Source: an uncultured virus (IMG/VR IMGVR_UViG_3300025030_000078) (Duplodnaviria; Heunggongvirae; Uroviricota; Caudoviricetes). From it: DNA of 64,000 bases. A program made the position numbers and the translations under genes. The notes beneath the pieces were generated by a model. That model did not search any database. It saw nothing but the letters and a program-made list of their open reading frames with translations, and was not told the DNA's origin. The stretch lies in the IMG/VR virus record IMGVR_UViG_3300025030_000078; one strand, 5' to 3'. Shown piece after piece: positions 18,231-27,896 of the stretch. The first letter of the stretch is position 1. Every line of letters begins with the position of its first letter.

Positions 18231-20111
18231 ATGGATGCCATAAAGAATTTCGTAAAAGTCGAGGTCTCTACCGGCTACGATTCTGCTGCTACTTCTGTAG
18301 TCTTAAAAGCAGGAGACGGTGCAAAACTTCCTGATCCCGCAACCGCTAACTATAATCTTGTTTGGTGGAATTCTACCGACTACGCCGATCCTGCCGACGA
18401 CCCTTATGTTTCTATTGTCCGGGTTACCGGTAAGTCTACGGACACTTTAACTGTTGTACAGCCTTCCTCTGCTACAGGTAATAACTATAACGGGGAAACT
18501 TCTTCCAATACTGCACAAAATCATAATATAGCCGATAAGGTTTATAAGATGGCTTTAGCCCCTACCTATAAGGTATTTAATGACCTTGTTCCTAAATCTT
18601 TGATTGCTGCTAAGGGAGATTTGGTTGTTGGTAGTGCCGCCAGTACCCCGGCAATATTAACTGTTGGTGCAAACAACAAAATTCCAATAGCCGCAAGTGG
18701 CGAGGCAACGGGTTTGAAATGGGATTATGTGGGTTCTTTAATAAACGCACCCGAAGGATTTTTAATCAACGGTAAGATAGTCCCTAGCGCAACCGTACCT
18801 ACAATAGATAATAACTTAGGAAGTACCGCTTCTGATTTGGGTTTTGAAACTGATTATTGGTATGCACAACCATTTACAACAGGTGCGGGTATAACAGCAC
18901 TTGATTTATGTACATTTCAACTTAAAAAGACAGGAAGCCCGACAGGTAACATGACTATTGAAATACAATCTGATAATGCGGGTTCTCCTAGCGGTACTGT
19001 TTTATATACTACTACTTTAGATGTAGCAACTCTTACAACAGCCTATGCTACATATGCAATATTTCCTAGACTTACCGTTACCGCCGCTACTAAGTACCAT
19101 TTTTGTTGGAAGGGACAGGATGCTTGGGCAGCAGGAACTACAGTAACTGTTGGATTTGCTAGTGGTTCGGGACTTCCCACCATGCATTATGGAGCAGGAA
19201 ACTTTGCAAGTTCCTCTACTTCTTTAACCTTGAACTTAAAAACTTATGTAAATGCGGGGGACTTAACAGTAGCGATAAAAGGTATGGGTGGTAACGACCC
19301 GTCATCTACAAATCCTGTGTATTGTAGGATAGGCGATACTGTAAGAAGTATTACAGCAGCTTTATCGGTTACTAAAAATGCAGGAACTAATTGGTTTAAC
19401 TCTGGCTCTACTAAGTTAGCGATGAAAGAAATTGATTACTTTGTATATCTTGGGTATAACGCAACAGATGGGGTGGTAGTTGGTTTTTCAAGAAGACCGC
19501 ATGGACATATATATAGTGATTTTTCAGCAACCACTACTGACGAGAAATACTGTGCAATTTCAACAATAACAAACGCAGCAGCAGGGGATAACTATGTTAA
19601 TGTGGGTAGGTTTGCTGCAACTCTAAGTGCAACAGTAGCACTCACTTGGACAGTACCAACATTTACAGGAATAAATTTAATACAGAGACCGATTTACACT
19701 ACAAGATGGTTGTCGTATACACCTGCACTATATGCTTCCACAACAGACCCAATATTAGGGTCTTCTCCAATACAAACAGGAAGATATATGATTATTGATA
19801 GAATGTGTATTGCCCAGGCTCAAATAGCTTTCGGCAGTTCTGGGGCAAACGCAGGTTCTGGTGATTACAGACCAGGATTACCTGTTAATGCGGGTGGTGA
19901 AACAGCCAACCATACAAGATACATGGGTTCTGGTTTTGCGTATGACGCAACTGGTAGCACTTATCCTTTAGCTGTGGCTGTTGTGTATAACATCGCAGCC
20001 GATAGGGTATGGACAATGTACTATGCAAATGCAGCAGTTACACACGCAGCACCTGTTGGATGGACTACCAACGATACATTTGGAATAACAATTTCTTATG
20101 AGGTATCTTAA
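18231..20111 (+). CDS. Tail fibre / receptor-binding protein (mosaic)
   Basis: Thr/Gly/Ala-rich; AKGDLVVG linker; beta-sandwich modules; C-terminal ITISYEV. Confidence 0.75.
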   Translation: MDAIKNFVKVEVSTGYDSAATSVVLKAGDGAKLPDPATANYNLVWWNSTDYADPADDPYVSIVRVTGKSTDTLTVVQPSSATGNNYNGETSSNTAQNHNIADKVYKMALAPTYKVFNDLVPKSLIAAKGDLVVGSAASTPAILTVGANNKIPIAASGEATGLKWDYVGSLINAPEGFLINGKIVPSATVPTIDNNLGSTASDLGFETDYWYAQPFTTGAGITALDLCTFQLKKTGSPTGNMTIEIQSDNAGSPSGTVLYTTTLDVATLTTAYATYAIFPRLTVTAATKYHFCWKGQDAWAAGTTVTVGFASGSGLPTMHYGAGNFASSSTSLTLNLKTYVNAGDLTVAIKGMGGNDPSSTNPVYCRIGDTVRSITAALSVTKNAGTNWFNSGSTKLAMKEIDYFVYLGYNATDGVVVGFSRRPHGHIYSDFSATTTDEKYCAISTITNAAAGDNYVNVGRFAATLSATVALTWTVPTFTGINLIQRPIYTTRWLSYTPALYASTTDPILGSSPIQTGRYMIIDRMCIAQAQIAFGSSGANAGSGDYRPGLPVNAGGETANHTRYMGSGFAYDATGSTYPLAVAVVYNIAADRVWTMYYANAAVTHAAPVGWTTNDTFGITISYEVS

Positions 20112-20203
20112 AATGAAAGGAAATATATGACATCTAACAACACGAACAAATTTAGAGTAAAAAAAAAGGTAACTTCGTTATAATCTTCGGGAGGGATATT
20201 TAA

Positions 20204-20869
20204 ATGCCTTACGGCTCATCATCATACGGTTCTTCAACATACGGCGGAGGTGGGGGTAGAAGCTTTATTAGTAAGGTTTTAACCCTAATCTATAATATTT
20301 TCAGTAACGTCAGCATCACTCTTACAGTCATATACATCATCAGAAATCTTGTAAATAATACACTTTCCTTTATCTATATTATTTTAAATAATGTAAGTAA
20401 CACTTTGTCTGTTATATGGAATATAATGGCTACGGTTGCCGCTAGAATCTTTACGTTTATCTATAACATACGAAATAATGTAAGTAACAGCCTGACTATC
20501 GTATGGATCCTTCGCTACTTCGTTAATAAATCTTTACATCTTATTTACAACATCTACGCGTTTCTTTCCAACCAGCTTTTCATCCTTTGGAACCTCCTAA
20601 ACCACGCATCAAACCAGCTTTCCCTCCTCTGGAACCTTCGCTCCTTCGTGAGTAATACACTATCGGTCATATGGATAATTACCGGGGTTATTTCAAAAGC
20701 TCTAATATTAGTCTATAATATAATTAAGTTTGAAATAGGTTACCGTAGGAAACCTGTTATTATAGGGTCTTCTCTCGAAAACCCGGTAATTATAGGCGCT
20801 ACTAAAGACTCTCCTACGATGTTAGAAACAGCGGGTGACTCTCCACAGGTGTTGTCCGCAGGAGAATAA
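20204..20869 (+). CDS. Virion protein with about 11 tandem 14-aa repeats
   Basis: Repeats of the S(N/K)xLxx(I/L)(Y/W)N(I/L)xxxV type. Confidence 0.75.
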   Translation: MPYGSSSYGSSTYGGGGGRSFISKVLTLIYNIFSNVSITLTVIYIIRNLVNNTLSFIYIILNNVSNTLSVIWNIMATVAARIFTFIYNIRNNVSNSLTIVWILRYFVNKSLHLIYNIYAFLSNQLFILWNLLNHASNQLSLLWNLRSFVSNTLSVIWIITGVISKALILVYNIIKFEIGYRRKPVIIGSSLENPVIIGATKDSPTMLETAGDSPQVLSAGE

Positions 20870-20870
20870 A

Positions 20871-21698
20871 ATGAACGCACCAGTTTATATAACCAACCCG
20901 GAAGACGGGATAGCAACATATGATACTATAGATATTCTTAGAAGTGTTGATAGTTATGCCTCAGTTTATGCTAATGAGGATATAGACCTTACCACCAGAA
21001 ACCAATTCGGTCCTGGATACACTCAGTATATGGATCTAAGCGGTAATTCCTCCTATTCCTATAAAACACGTTTTAAAAACTCAGTAAGTGGGGCGGTATC
21101 AGAACTTTCAGATATCCTATTAACAGGCTCTTCCTATGCCATCTCAGAGGCAAGACGTATTATAAGAGATGCCGACTCAGCCTCCTATGTTTTTACAGAT
21201 GCCGAGGTTAAAGCCGCGGAAAAAAGAGCTGTAGGTTCCTTATTCCCCAGGCTTTTAGTAGGGGATAAAGATGAGTCTAAAACCATAGTTGTAGATACTT
21301 TAGATTATGACCTTCCTGTAAACTGCTTCAGAATTAAGCAGGTTTTTAAAGGTACTGTAGCAGACGGCACTTGGGAAGAATTAGAAAACTACGAAAATAT
21401 AGACGGTAAGACCTTAAGGCTGGATGAAGGCGATGTTGGAGAAGCCCTAAAACTTACCATTTATTTTAACCGTCCTTTAAGAAACTCCGGGGAAGTGCCT
21501 CTCAGACTTCAGCCTATTGTAATATATGAGATACTCGGCGAGTTATACGAGATGCTTGCTAATGACCGAGGTATCAAGTTTAAAGCTTTCCAAGCCCTGC
21601 AAAGAGACAGCGATATAAGACCTGAAACATTAAAGCAGATGGCTCAGGATGCTAGAGCTACAGCAGAGCGTTTAAAAAGCACTATAGAAAGGGGTTAA
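20871..21698 (+). CDS. Head-tail adaptor-like protein
   Basis: RRIIRD...FTDAEV and YDLPVNCFRIKQV motifs typical of adaptors; ATG 20871 follows the previous stop. Confidence 0.55.
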   Translation: MNAPVYITNPEDGIATYDTIDILRSVDSYASVYANEDIDLTTRNQFGPGYTQYMDLSGNSSYSYKTRFKNSVSGAVSELSDILLTGSSYAISEARRIIRDADSASYVFTDAEVKAAEKRAVGSLFPRLLVGDKDESKTIVVDTLDYDLPVNCFRIKQVFKGTVADGTWEELENYENIDGKTLRLDEGDVGEALKLTIYFNRPLRNSGEVPLRLQPIVIYEILGELYEMLANDRGIKFKAFQALQRDSDIRPETLKQMAQDARATAERLKSTIERG

Positions 21699-21699
21699 C

Positions 21700-22518
21700 A
21701 TGACCGCCCGCAAGGAATACTTATTGGATTCCGAACCCGAAATCACCTTTAACGATAATACCGATAAGAATAATTGGTATCGGCTTATAAGCTTGATTTT
21801 TGATACTAATGTCCGAAACATAGAGGATGAGAAAGCTGATATGGGTATCGAAGATTACGATTCTAAGCTTGGTAAAGGTACAGGGAAGTTAAAGGTTGGA
21901 ATATTTGCTGAGAATGAAGGAAAGTTAAACAAGCTTATATCCGATATTAAAAAAGCATTAAATCCCGTTCTTATGCAGGAAAACACTAATTCTGATGAAG
22001 GGTATTTGCCTTTTAAATGGACCGAGACTATAGATACTACCGCCTATAATATGGAGGTTTGGGTTAAATCTTTGGAAATACCGAGGGTTTTATTAAATGA
22101 GAATGGTTCCGGCGCTATTACCGAATGTAATGTAAAGGCTAAAGAACCTAAGAAATTCTCTCAGGAAACCATTGATATTATAGTGAATACCGCCAGCGCT
22201 ACGGGAATAGGAACTAACGCCGGGGATATGCCTACCTATCCTACCGTTACTATCACAGGTCCTTCTCAAGCTTCTCCTAAAATATACTACAGCGAGACCG
22301 GGGAGTATTTTGAAGTAAACGATACTTTAGGTCTTGTGGATGAGTATGTTATAGACTTTAAAGAAGCAACAGTTAAGAAAAACGGAGTCAATGCCTACGA
22401 CAAAAAGACAGCAGCCTCTAAGTTTTTCAGTTTAAAATCCGGTGTAGTAACCATAGTCTGTTCTAATTTGAGTAGCGGTCACGCACACATAGCCTTTAAA
22501 AGTGCGTGGACGTTATAA
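21700..22518 (+). CDS. Distal tail (Dit)-like protein
   Basis: KAKEP, NAGDMPTYPTVTITGP, FFSLKSG and terminal SAW motifs. Confidence 0.7.
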   Translation: MTARKEYLLDSEPEITFNDNTDKNNWYRLISLIFDTNVRNIEDEKADMGIEDYDSKLGKGTGKLKVGIFAENEGKLNKLISDIKKALNPVLMQENTNSDEGYLPFKWTETIDTTAYNMEVWVKSLEIPRVLLNENGSGAITECNVKAKEPKKFSQETIDIIVNTASATGIGTNAGDMPTYPTVTITGPSQASPKIYYSETGEYFEVNDTLGLVDEYVIDFKEATVKKNGVNAYDKKTAASKFFSLKSGVVTIVCSNLSSGHAHIAFKSAWTL

Positions 22519-23597
22519 ACGCCATGTTAAATCCTGAAATAAAAATAGTAGCCGAGAATGCAGCCGGGACAGAACTTTGCGAGTTTAAAAAAGCCTCTTT
22601 TATTTCTTTTACTAGGTTTTTATCCTCTGTTGGGGAACTGACTTTTGTTATTCCCAGGACTGACCCAAACTTCGTACATTTAGTAGGTTTAAAGACCCAT
22701 CTTAAGGTCTTTAGAGACGGGGTACTGGTTTGGAAAGGAATATACGATTATCTTAGAGAAGACATGTACACCTATACTGTGTTTGCCAGTACCTACGAGA
22801 GTTTACTGGACTATTATCTAATAAATCCCACAGCTGCAGCTACTTCTACTTCCCGTGCTTTTACCACCAAAAAACTGGGAACTGAGATTGCTCAGATACT
22901 TTTTAACGAGGCGGTAGCTAAAACTAACAGTTTGCTTTCAGGATTTACTTTAGGTACTGTAGAAAATCCGTATACGCCGGGAACTACTACCGAGATGACT
23001 GCAAGCTACTCTTTTGATTACGATAAGCTTTCCTATGTAATACGCTCTTTAGCTAAGTCCGGGGGAGCTGATTGGAAGATGGGATTTGATAAAACCTTTA
23101 ACTTCTACAGAAGGCTCGGATCAGATAAGGCTGCTATAGTTTTCCATATAAAAGACGGAGAACCTTCCAATATAGTTGATTTTAAAAGAGATCAGGATTT
23201 TAGAAAAATAGGTAATAGTATCTTTGCTTTCGGTGTGGGAGTAAAGGTTAACTTCTTAAAAAGCGTTAAAACCGATGCAACCAGCCAAACTACCCACGGG
23301 CTTATGGAAAGAAACCTTGGAATGCCTAAAGACCTCATAGACCAGGCAGCCTTAGATAAGCTGGTAGATGACCAGATTCAGGTAACAAAGCTCCCTACAA
23401 GCGTTGTAGCGCCTTCCCTTATTATAAAAAACGTGGGGTTTCTTACCGGGTGGGATGTGGGGGATAATGTTGTTATAGACTTAAATATCGGTCAGACTGC
23501 TTTAACTGAGTATAAAAGGGTTTTAGGTATCAACGCTTACTATTCCCAAAGTGGCGCGGAAACTGTACATGTTTATTTAGGAGATAAGAAGGTCTAA
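22506..23597 (+). CDS. Baseplate hub / Tal-like (siphovirus gp37/gp28-like) protein
   Basis: VGELTF, VFRDGVLVWKG, RRLGSD and WDVGDNV motifs; follows Dit. Confidence 0.7.
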   Translation: MDVINAMLNPEIKIVAENAAGTELCEFKKASFISFTRFLSSVGELTFVIPRTDPNFVHLVGLKTHLKVFRDGVLVWKGIYDYLREDMYTYTVFASTYESLLDYYLINPTAAATSTSRAFTTKKLGTEIAQILFNEAVAKTNSLLSGFTLGTVENPYTPGTTTEMTASYSFDYDKLSYVIRSLAKSGGADWKMGFDKTFNFYRRLGSDKAAIVFHIKDGEPSNIVDFKRDQDFRKIGNSIFAFGVGVKVNFLKSVKTDATSQTTHGLMERNLGMPKDLIDQAALDKLVDDQIQVTKLPTSVVAPSLIIKNVGFLTGWDVGDNVVIDLNIGQTALTEYKRVLGINAYYSQSGAETVHVYLGDKKV

Positions 23598-24433
23598 TGG
23601 ACTCAATGCTGCATCCTCAAGCCGACTCTGTTACAGTAGCAGAGCTAATAGAAAGACTTTCAGCCTTAGAGTCCCGTAACTCTTTAGGTGCTGCCTTGCA
23701 GGGGGGTACTGCTGTAACTTACGATGCTAACGGCAGAATCATTAATCTAAACGCCTCTTCTATTAACGCCGGCAGCATAAATGCTTCAATTATCTCTGTT
23801 TCTAATATTAACGCTTCAAATATAAGCTCCGGGACTCTTTCTGCTGACAGGATAGGAGCTAATTCTATAGAAGCCTCCAAGCTTTATGTAAGTGAGCTTT
23901 CTGCTATTTCTGCTAATTTAGGCACTATCACAGCAGGAAATATAACAGGAGCACTTATAAAGACTTCTCCAAGCGGACAGAGGGTGGAGCTGACTTCCAA
24001 CGATTACATAGAACTGTTTAATGCTTCCGGTCAATCCAACGGAAAAATATACGGCACTTCTACTGACTTGTTGATAGAAGCTACAAATGCTGTTGGAGTA
24101 GGATTTGTAAAGATTATAGGACACGACAGTCCTGTAGGGGTAGGCATATACGGAGGTTGTGTTATGGATGCTCTTTTTACAGAATCTATAAATTATGGGG
24201 GGGCTTACTTAAGTATGGATGCTAATCTTGCTGTAAGCGGTTGGGGATCCTTTGGTGGAGATGTTGATTTAAACGGACACATTTTAAGTGAAATAGGGTA
24301 TTTGAATTTTAACACCTCCAATAACAGCTCAACCGACGGTAGGATGTGGTATTACAACGCCGGCGGAGATACAAGATACTTTAGAGCAAGGCTCGTAAAC
24401 TGGAACGGTCAGTTTGATATGACCGGTTTTTAA
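23597..24433 (+). CDS. Tail spike/needle protein
   Basis: INAS repeats and LSAISANLGTITAG beta-helix motif. Confidence 0.7.
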   Translation: MDSMLHPQADSVTVAELIERLSALESRNSLGAALQGGTAVTYDANGRIINLNASSINAGSINASIISVSNINASNISSGTLSADRIGANSIEASKLYVSELSAISANLGTITAGNITGALIKTSPSGQRVELTSNDYIELFNASGQSNGKIYGTSTDLLIEATNAVGVGFVKIIGHDSPVGVGIYGGCVMDALFTESINYGGAYLSMDANLAVSGWGSFGGDVDLNGHILSEIGYLNFNTSNNSSTDGRMWYYNAGGDTRYFRARLVNWNGQFDMTGF

Positions 24434-24435
24434 AT

Positions 24436-24786
24436 ATGATAGGTAAAATTAAAGTAAAAGAAAATATACAAGGGAGGATAACAGAGGCTAATAAGAACTA
24501 TGTCTTTGACCGGGATGCGGAAAAGTTAGACCCCTTGTTCCCGGAGGAAATGGGCAAGTCCTACACAGGTTTAAAGCAGAACAGAAAAAGAATGCTGGAT
24601 AAAACTGAATTTCCCGACAGACTTCCTACGGCAAGTCTTACTCCATATCCTATTGATGAGGATGATTTTATAGGGCAGTTTGAGTCTAAAAAGAATCTTT
24701 ATCTTACCCTCGCCCACGCTTTTAATAAAGCAATGGAAAGGATTGAGGCTTTAGAAAAGCAAGTATCTGATTTGACAAATGTGTAA
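24436..24786 (+). CDS. Hypothetical protein, possibly a spike chaperone
   Basis: C-terminal coiled coil KAMERIEALEKQV. Confidence 0.55.
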   Translation: MIGKIKVKENIQGRITEANKNYVFDRDAEKLDPLFPEEMGKSYTGLKQNRKRMLDKTEFPDRLPTASLTPYPIDEDDFIGQFESKKNLYLTLAHAFNKAMERIEALEKQVSDLTNV

Positions 24787-24800
24787 TATACTTCTAGAAT
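24772..24800 (+). promoter_or_regulatory. Lysis-module promoter (leaderless)
   Basis: TTGACA-17-TAGAAT, 6 nt before ATG 24807. Confidence 0.75.
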
Positions 24801-24806
24801 TTAACG

Positions 24807-25022
24807 ATGATACTTTCTAACCTGACTATGTTAACCCCCGAACAAGTAAAAGATAAAATATCTCTTATAGAACAAGAGATAAAAAAGCTTAACGAGATAC
24901 TTCAGTTATCTATAGAAAAGAGAGCCTTTTTACAGGGTCAGCTTCAGACATACATGTATTTACTTGCAGACCCGGAGGAAACTCCCGTAAAGGAGCCAGA
25001 AAAAAATGTTAAAGGGAATTGA
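24807..25022 (+). CDS. Coiled-coil hypothetical protein
   Basis: ORF follows the promoter and overlaps the lysin start. Confidence 0.6.
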   Translation: MILSNLTMLTPEQVKDKISLIEQEIKKLNEILQLSIEKRAFLQGQLQTYMYLLADPEETPVKEPEKNVKGN

Positions 25023-25764
25023 TATCAGCGCCCATCAAGGTACTATTAACTTTACTGCTTTAAAACCAGCTATAGATTTCGCAATAATTAAGGCTACTGA
25101 AGGAACTGTATATAAAAATCCAGTACTTTCTGTCTACGCCAACGGCATTTTAAATCAAGGGATTCCTGCTTTTTATTATCACTTTGCCAGACCTGATGTA
25201 GGTAATACCGCTGAGGCTGAGGCAAACTTCTTTATAAAGACATTAAAAGATAATAACCTTTTAAGGGTAGGGACGGTTCTCTTTTTAGATTACGAACCTC
25301 CTGCCTGGAACGGAGATGTGGTTGCGTGGTGTAAGAAGTTTTTAGATACCGTTTCGGCTCAGTTTAAAGGCTATAAACCTTTAATATATTTAAACCTTAG
25401 TCAGACTAGAAGCTATAACTGGCTTCCTGTTATATGGGCTAATTACGGTCTTTGGCTCGCTTATTATAACCCTCTTATGCCTTCCGTTCCTTGGTCGGTA
25501 GTTGCATTTCAGCAAACAACTAGTACGGGTTCTGTTCCTGGTATAACAGGCAATGTAGATTTAGATGTGTTTTATGGTGACAAGACAGCTTTAGCGAAGT
25601 ACGGATTGTCTTCAGAAGCTATAGCTACAATAGATCCCCTCGCTATTTGTCAGGCGGAACTCAAGACTGCTAAGGCTCAGATTTTAGCCTTGCAACAGCA
25701 GATAACCAACTATGACAAACTGTTAGCTGCTATTTCCGCATTACTGCGGGATTTCAAGGCTTAA
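25006..25764 (+). CDS. Endolysin, GH25 muramidase
   Basis: GIDISAHQG, IIKATEG, YHFARP, LDYE, LWLAYY and VDLDVF motifs; coiled-coil tail. Confidence 0.93.
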   Translation: MLKGIDISAHQGTINFTALKPAIDFAIIKATEGTVYKNPVLSVYANGILNQGIPAFYYHFARPDVGNTAEAEANFFIKTLKDNNLLRVGTVLFLDYEPPAWNGDVVAWCKKFLDTVSAQFKGYKPLIYLNLSQTRSYNWLPVIWANYGLWLAYYNPLMPSVPWSVVAFQQTTSTGSVPGITGNVDLDVFYGDKTALAKYGLSSEAIATIDPLAICQAELKTAKAQILALQQQITNYDKLLAAISALLRDFKA

Positions 25765-25765
25765 A

Positions 25766-25942
25766 ATGAACTTCAAAAACGCTGCCCGGAGTAAATCCTA
25801 TATGGTAAGAAGGCGTGCCCGAAGGTTCTTACAGGAAGACCTTTTAAAGTACTTAAACAGAAGATCTATTTTTAGTAAATATTTAGAAAAATTTAGAACT
25901 CTTTTTAGAGAGTTTTGGGAGGAAGTTAAGTGGAGCAAATAA
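25766..25942 (+). CDS. Small basic protein (58 aa)
   Basis: Fills the gap between lysin and holin; below the track cutoff. Confidence 0.45.
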   Translation: MNFKNAARSKSYMVRRRARRFLQEDLLKYLNRRSIFSKYLEKFRTLFREFWEEVKWSK

Positions 25943-26226
25943 TTGCACTTGCTGTGGTGACCGAGGCTGCTACGGAGTATATATTTTCAGACATACCTCT
26001 TTTCGAGAAGTATATTAAAAAGCTTTCGATGGTGGTGGGTATTGTTATAGCGCTACTTTTTAGAGCTGATATCTTTATCCTTTTAGGCGTACAAACCGTA
26101 AGCCCGGTTGCTGCCTACGTTATAACGGGTATTCTTATCTCAAGAGGTAGTAACGTCTTAAATAACCTAATAACGGTTGTTCAGAGCCGTTCTGATAAAG
26201 CCAAGCCTGAGAATAATGCCTTATAA
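25930..26226 (+). CDS. Holin
   Basis: Hydrophobic helices and ITGILISRGSN motif, next to the endolysin. Confidence 0.75.
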   Translation: MEQIIALAVVTEAATEYIFSDIPLFEKYIKKLSMVVGIVIALLFRADIFILLGVQTVSPVAAYVITGILISRGSNVLNNLITVVQSRSDKAKPENNAL

Positions 26227-26443
26227 AGAACTTGTATTAAAATCCAAGGCTCAAGCTGAAAAGCTCCGACAGGAGTTTACAGACAGGTATGGAAAAGAAG
26301 AAGGGGAAAAGAAGTTCCGGGAGGTAGAAGCGAGGAGTCCCAAGATCGAGGATTTACCGGAGAGAGTACCTGTTAGTTTTCACCATTCTAAACGTCGAAT
26401 AAACCTATCCAGGAAGTTTGGCGGTCATTGGAGGGGTGTCTAA
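26216..26443 (+). CDS. Hypothetical protein (MPYK...SKAQ...LPERV type)
   Basis: Last + strand ORF of phage A; the ATG inside the track ORF is preferred. Confidence 0.55.
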   Translation: MPYKELVLKSKAQAEKLRQEFTDRYGKEEGEKKFREVEARSPKIEDLPERVPVSFHHSKRRINLSRKFGGHWRGV

Positions 26444-26495
26444 TATCGGTTTTCTAATAAAAGTCTCTCTACGGGCATTGTAGCGCTAAATCGGA

Positions 26496-26744
26496 CTATT
26501 GGGCTACACTACAGCCTAAACTACCCTCAAAAACTGCAGCTGCGTAGAGTTGGTGTATTTTAGGTGGGGTATAACCTCTACTTCTAAGTTCGTCCTCGTA
26601 TTCTTCCACTCTACGAAGTCCCACGTCCCATTCTTTCTTAGCTTTTTCGGTTTTTGGATTCTCTCTTGCAATCGTCCACTTAACAATTACATCATATTTA
26701 GTCTCAAGTTCCTTATTATCCATTTCTTTTAATGGTTTTAGCAT
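26496..26744 (-). CDS. Hypothetical protein
   Basis: Coupled ORF in the early arm. Confidence 0.6.
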   Translation of the reverse strand: MLKPLKEMDNKELETKYDVIVKWTIARENPKTEKAKKEWDVGLRRVEEYEDELRSRGYTPPKIHQLYAAAVFEGSLGCSVAQ

Positions 26745-26961
26745 TTTTTAGCATCCTTATAAATTCTGGGTCTATGGAATAAAACTTTTTAAGTAATTTC
26801 TTTATACCCTCTTCGGTAGCTTTCGGGTCTGCGTACATATTCCCCATGGCAAAAAGGATTTCTTTTAACCGGGTATCTTCTTCAATAGTATGCAAAGCCA
26901 TAGTTTCGGCATACTCTATGGCTTGCAGTAAATCTTTTTTAGTTTTAGGCTGGTAAGTCAT
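26716..26961 (-). CDS. Hypothetical protein
   Basis: Coupled ORF. Confidence 0.6.
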   Translation of the reverse strand: MTYQPKTKKDLLQAIEYAETMALHTIEEDTRLKEILFAMGNMYADPKATEEGIKKLLKKFYSIDPEFIRMLKNAKTIKRNG

Positions 26962-27661
26962 CGAAGTTAACCTCGATATCGTCTAATGTATCTGAGACTT
27001 TTTCCTTGCCTTTAGCTTCGGCTTTAGCTATTGTTTCGGATTCCTCTAAACCATCTTTTTTAAGCAGGTAGTCTTTCCAGGAAGCTTGCATAGCTTCAAG
27101 CTCTTTTCTGTATTCTTTTGTTATTTCTGCTGTATCTGTTCTGAACCCGGCGTAGCTGTAAGTTACACTCTTGCCATTTGGTAATGTGGCTGTTCTTGAC
27201 TTTGCTTCGGCTACAATAAGGAGGTTATAAATACCCCCGGTTGCTTTTCCCGTCTTCACGAGCTGGGGAAGTACCTGATTTCTGAAGTCAAAAAGTGCCG
27301 TGGAGCGAAGAGACATCATAAATATTTCCTGAGTGTCTTCGTTTACTCCAACCAAGGCGTAGACCTGATCCATCTTAGTTTCATCGTTAAAATTGGGTGC
27401 TTCTCTATGTGCTAAGGCTAAAACCCTAAGCTTAAGTTCCTTGTAGAACTCCTTGGTAGCATTATTTAAGAATACGTTGTTTGGACAATCTGAGCCGTCT
27501 GCAAGTATTCTATCTTCGGGTTTGGTCATAGGACCTACGAACTTATAGAATGGAAGCGGTAAATCTGATACGGGTACGTTTTCAAGCCCTGAGATTCCTA
27601 TTCCTCCATTATCGGTAGTAGTAAGACCGGTTTCTTGTTTTTTAACTAAATCTTTAGTCAT
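26945..27661 (-). CDS. Putative ssDNA-binding protein
   Basis: GLENV..SDL.LP N-terminus and acidic DDIEVNFDDLPA tail. Confidence 0.55.
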   Translation of the reverse strand: MTKDLVKKQETGLTTTDNGGIGISGLENVPVSDLPLPFYKFVGPMTKPEDRILADGSDCPNNVFLNNATKEFYKELKLRVLALAHREAPNFNDETKMDQVYALVGVNEDTQEIFMMSLRSTALFDFRNQVLPQLVKTGKATGGIYNLLIVAEAKSRTATLPNGKSVTYSYAGFRTDTAEITKEYRKELEAMQASWKDYLLKKDGLEESETIAKAEAKGKEKVSDTLDDIEVNFDDLPA

Positions 27662-27887
27662 TCTTTTGTTCCCTTCTAATACGGTAGTTCACACTATCGT
27701 ATCTTAACAGCCAAAAATAAATAGTACCTCTTTTAAGTTTGCGGACGGCTGACTCCCCAAACTCTCTTTTTAAAATATCCGGTATGGCATCGACCCGGTA
27801 GACTCTTTGTCCATTAATTTCGTAATTATAGAGCTGAATTGCTCTTTTTATTATTTCCGGTCTATACTTTGATTTTGTTTCCGTCAT
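27654..27887 (-). CDS. Putative HTH DNA-binding protein
   Basis: KYRPEIIKRAIQLY...RGTIYFWL pattern. Confidence 0.5.
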   Translation of the reverse strand: MTETKSKYRPEIIKRAIQLYNYEINGQRVYRVDAIPDILKREFGESAVRKLKRGTIYFWLLRYDSVNYRIRREQKND

Positions 27888-27896
27888 AAGGATATT

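Noticed and set aside
18231..20111. Diversity-generating retroelement target in the fibre gene
   Set aside because: No reverse transcriptase and no template/variable repeat pair seen.
20113..20182. Tiny ORF with an A9 run after the fibre gene, as a phase-variation or frameshift site
   Set aside because: No downstream frame to restore; more likely a remnant of module exchange.
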